Assembly (NCBI GenBank): GCA_964658025.1
Contig: CAZZXB010000051.1
Coordinates: forward strand, 1 to 19,538
Direction: 5' to 3'
Length of the DNA stretch: 19,538 nucleotides
From: an uncultured Janthinobacterium sp.
GTDB taxonomy: Bacteria > Vulcanimicrobiota > Vulcanimicrobiia > Vulcanimicrobiales > Vulcanimicrobiaceae
The translations under genes and the position numbers were made by a program. The notes under the pieces were generated by a model. That model searched no databases. It saw only the letters and a program-made list of their open reading frames with translations, and had not been told where the DNA came from. Shown here piece after piece: positions 17,093 through 19,538 of the stretch; position 1 is the first letter of the stretch; each line of letters starts with the position of its first letter.

Positions 17093-17875
17093 ATGGACCC
17101 GCTCGACGACCGCGGCGTTGCAGGCCTGATCGAGACGACCGGCCTCGGCCGGCCGTCGATCGTCGTCGTCGATCTCGACCGGGACGTCACGCGCGTGGCC
17201 GTGCGCCCGGAGGCGGCGATCTACCCGGCGAGTACCATCAAGGTACCGATCGCGATGGCCCTCGCCGCGCGGGTCGCGTGCGGTGCGGAACGCTTCGACC
17301 GCACGACGCTCGTCGCGCCCGAAAATCTGACGCTCGACGACGAGCCGTCGCCGTTCCTCGCGGGCGAGCGCGCCCGACTCGACGATCTCATGTTCGCGAT
17401 GGTCTCGCGTTCGGACAACGTCGCCACGAACGTCTTGATCGACGTGCTCGGCCGTGCGGAGATCACGACGTACTGTCGTTCGATCGGCCTGCGGGGAACC
17501 GCCGTCCGGCGGAAGCTCTCGGGCTCGCTCCCGCTCGTCGTCGACCCCGAAGCGACGGGGCGCAACGCGCACCCGCCGGGCGACGCCGCGACGTTGTTCG
17601 CGCGGATCGCGCGCGGCGAGGAGCCGGGATCGGAAGCGGTGTTCGAAGCGCTCGCGCGACAACGTTGGAACGACAAACTCTCGCCCGGACTGCGCCCGGG
17701 CGACGCGTTCGCGCACAAGACGGGCGAGACGGACGAGGTCTCGCACGACGGCGGAATCCTCCGGTTAGCGGACGGTCGGCGCTTCGTCGTCGTGGTCTAC
17801 ACCGAAGTCGGCGCGAATCCCGAGAGCGACGCGCGCTTCGCCGCGCTCGGCCGCGCGCTCCGCGACCGACTCTGA
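17093..17875 (+). CDS. Class A beta-lactamase-like serine hydrolase (Beta-lactamase2/PBP-like), no signal peptide
   Basis: SxxK (PASTIK), SDN (RSDNVATN) and KTG (AHKTG) motifs, plus HDGGI. Confidence 0.88.
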   Translation: MDPLDDRGVAGLIETTGLGRPSIVVVDLDRDVTRVAVRPEAAIYPASTIKVPIAMALAARVACGAERFDRTTLVAPENLTLDDEPSPFLAGERARLDDLMFAMVSRSDNVATNVLIDVLGRAEITTYCRSIGLRGTAVRRKLSGSLPLVVDPEATGRNAHPPGDAATLFARIARGEEPGSEAVFEALARQRWNDKLSPGLRPGDAFAHKTGETDEVSHDGGILRLADGRRFVVVVYTEVGANPESDARFAALGRALRDRL

Positions 17876-17930
17876 GGTCGGGCCGCGTCCTCGCCGCGAC
17901 CGCCGCCCCGCAGGGTTCGGTACGACGCGG

Positions 17931-18434
17931 TTATTGGCCGCGCCAGTCTTCGAAGTCGACCGGCTTCGCGTACGGCGGTCCGGCTTCGATCGTGATCACC
18001 GTGTGTTGCGCGAGCTCGATCTTGCGCGGATCGCCCGTATAGCGACGACCGTCGACGAACACGCGCGTCGCGCCCTTCGCGACGCGCGCCGACGCGACCG
18101 CGTCGGGCCGTAAGGGCTCGCCCCAGATATCGAAAAAATTGCCGAGCGTGAACGTGCGGAAACTCGGCGATTCGATGTGGACGATCCCGTCGGCCGTATG
18201 CGTGTGGAGCCAATAGAGACACTGCCCGACGATCGGACGGCCGACGTCGTCGGGGACCGTGACGGGCTTGCCGCGCGAGAAGATCGCGAGATGCTGGTGG
18301 ATGTGAAAGACCGAGCTCTCCATCTGATCGCAGCGGATGCCGTCGATCGGCGGGGCGGCGCTCTGGGCGGCCGCCGGAACGGCCCCCGCGGCGAACGCGA
18401 GCGCGGCGAAGACGGACGCGCGGAATCGTTTCAT
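17931..18434 (-). CDS. Exported conserved hypothetical protein with His/Cys motifs
   Basis: Signal peptide MKRFRASVFAALAFAAGAVPAAA; motifs FHIHQHL, CLYWLHTHTADGIVHIESP and FTLGNFFDIWG. ATG at 18434. Confidence 0.8.
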   Translation of the reverse strand: MKRFRASVFAALAFAAGAVPAAAQSAAPPIDGIRCDQMESSVFHIHQHLAIFSRGKPVTVPDDVGRPIVGQCLYWLHTHTADGIVHIESPSFRTFTLGNFFDIWGEPLRPDAVASARVAKGATRVFVDGRRYTGDPRKIELAQHTVITIEAGPPYAKPVDFEDWRGQ

Positions 18435-18445
18435 CTCGACCTGCA

Positions 18446-18472
18446 AACGCCGGAGCCGCGCGGAACGTTGCA
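18446..18472 (-). promoter_or_regulatory. Putative ECF-sigma promoter
   Basis: Minus strand TGCAAC-N17-CGTT, ending 11 nt before the ATG at 18434; fits the common ECF AAC/CGT pattern. Confidence 0.45.
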
Positions 18473-18850
18473 GGGCGCGCGGCGGACGCCGGGCACACGC
18501 GGCGCGTCACCGGCGCGGCGATGATCGTGGCGATCGTGAGCTTCCCCGCTGCCCTCGTCGGTGGCGCGCTGCATTCGGTCGCGATCCTCGTCGTCGCCGC
18601 CTTCGTCCTCGATGCGGCGGTGGCGATGAGCCTGGTGACCGGCCAGCGCGCGATCTTCGCGCTCGGCGCCGCGGCGCGCGGCCGGCTCAACGGCCTGTTC
18701 CTGGCGATGTTCTTCCTCGGCGGCGCCTTCGGCTCGTTCGCCGCCGGCATCGCCTACGCACACGGCGGCTGGACGGCGGCGTGCATCGTCGGCGCCTGCT
18801 TCCCGCTGCTCGCGGTGCTCTATTGGGCGACGGATCGGGTTGGCGAGTGA
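18470..18850 (+). pseudogene. 5'-truncated MFS transporter fragment (last ~4 TM helices)
   Basis: In-frame AGRAADAGHTRRVTGAAM (second-half MFS loop motif), then hydrophobic helices with GQRAIFAL...ARGRLNGLFLAMFFLGGAFGS...YAHGGW. The N-terminal two thirds is absent and its space is occupied by an unrelated minus-strand gene. Confidence 0.75.
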
Positions 18851-18853
18851 CGG

Positions 18854-19537
18854 CTACGTCCGTCCGCTGCCGAGAAGGTCGCGGCGCGGATCGCCACCAT
18901 CGAAGGGGCAGGACAAGCCGGACAGGGCCGCGGACTCGAGGGCGGCTGCGGCGAGTGTCTGAAGAGAGTCGGGCGGTAGCTTGAGGGTGCCTTCGCGCAA
19001 TACCTTTCGCCAGGCGGGACCTCGGCCCCAGGCATCGAGCCATGCCACGCCGAGATCCACACCCGCGCGCGCCACATCAGCCGCTTCGATAAGCAGCTCG
19101 GCCTGCGCCAGATCCTTTGCGCTTTTCGGCGACGTTGCTGCGCCGGCCGAAATGCCGCGCAGGGCGGTCAGCATGAGTTTGTGGACGGCGTAGCGCATCG
19201 GCTGTGGCACCATGACCGCAGTGCCTGCGTCGTGGAGCACCAGCGACGGAACGGGCTCCGCGATCAAATAGTCGAGAAACCGTAGCTTCTGCGCGCCGAG
19301 GCCCGGCACGCCGGCGACGGCTGCGAGCGGTTCGCTCGATGTCCGTCGTAAGGGTGTGAGGAACTCGATGCCGAATCCCGACGCGTTGCGGATCCCGGCC
19401 GCCAGGCGCGGGAAAGCCGAATGAAAAAAGGGCGCGAAGCTCGCGTCGATCTCCTTCAAATCGGTCAAAAGGTCCGGCGGCGCTTGCCGGGCGCCGAGTT
19501 TCAGGCCGCTCGGCTGCGCGAGATCGATGTCCTGCGT
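18854..19537 (-). CDS. GSU2403-like nucleotidyltransferase-fold protein, 5'-partial
   Basis: The frame is open to the window edge and begins TQDIDLAQ (DxD motif). Also IEFLTP, AQKLRFLDYL, VPQPMRYAVHKL and KSAKDLAQAELL. Confidence 0.75.
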   Translation of the reverse strand, partial: TQDIDLAQPSGLKLGARQAPPDLLTDLKEIDASFAPFFHSAFPRLAAGIRNASGFGIEFLTPLRRTSSEPLAAVAGVPGLGAQKLRFLDYLIAEPVPSLVLHDAGTAVMVPQPMRYAVHKLMLTALRGISAGAATSPKSAKDLAQAELLIEAADVARAGVDLGVAWLDAWGRGPAWRKVLREGTLKLPPDSLQTLAAAALESAALSGLSCPFDGGDPRRDLLGSGRT

Positions 19538-19538
19538 G

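Noticed and set aside
17093..17875. Calling this gene a bona fide antibiotic-resistance beta-lactamase
   Set aside because: It has no signal peptide and no recognisable catalytic omega-loop glutamate motif.
18440..18474. Inverted repeat CCTGCAA...TTGCAGG at the junction as a transposon end
   Set aside because: Only 7 bp, with no transposase or target duplication visible; it overlaps the putative ECF promoter.

Overview
High-GC, CG/CGATCG-rich bacterial DNA. The style suggests Eremiobacterota/Vulcanimicrobiota, but this is an unverified impression. Left to right: the 3' end of a glutamate formiminotransferase; an NAD(P)-dependent succinate-semialdehyde dehydrogenase; a minus-strand dapD plus PLP aminotransferase pair; a pentose-phosphate operon (tkt, fused tal-pgi, zwf, opcA, pgl, with no gnd); a hairpin-rich intergenic region; a small exported hypothetical protein; a TetR-HlyD/EmrA-TolC efflux operon lacking its inner-membrane pump; a divergent signal-less class A beta-lactamase-like serine hydrolase; and an exported His/Cys-motif protein. 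At about 18470 the composition changes abruptly into a 5'-truncated MFS gene and a GSU2403-like nucleotidyltransferase that runs off the window. Most of the window is ordinary housekeeping. The best leads are a 15-codon Arg/Pro uORF coupled by a GTGA overlap to the efflux regulator, the compositional junction (HGT or chimera), a C-terminal Cys pair in OpcA, and structured intergenic regions. No clearly novel multi-gene system can be proven from sequence alone.
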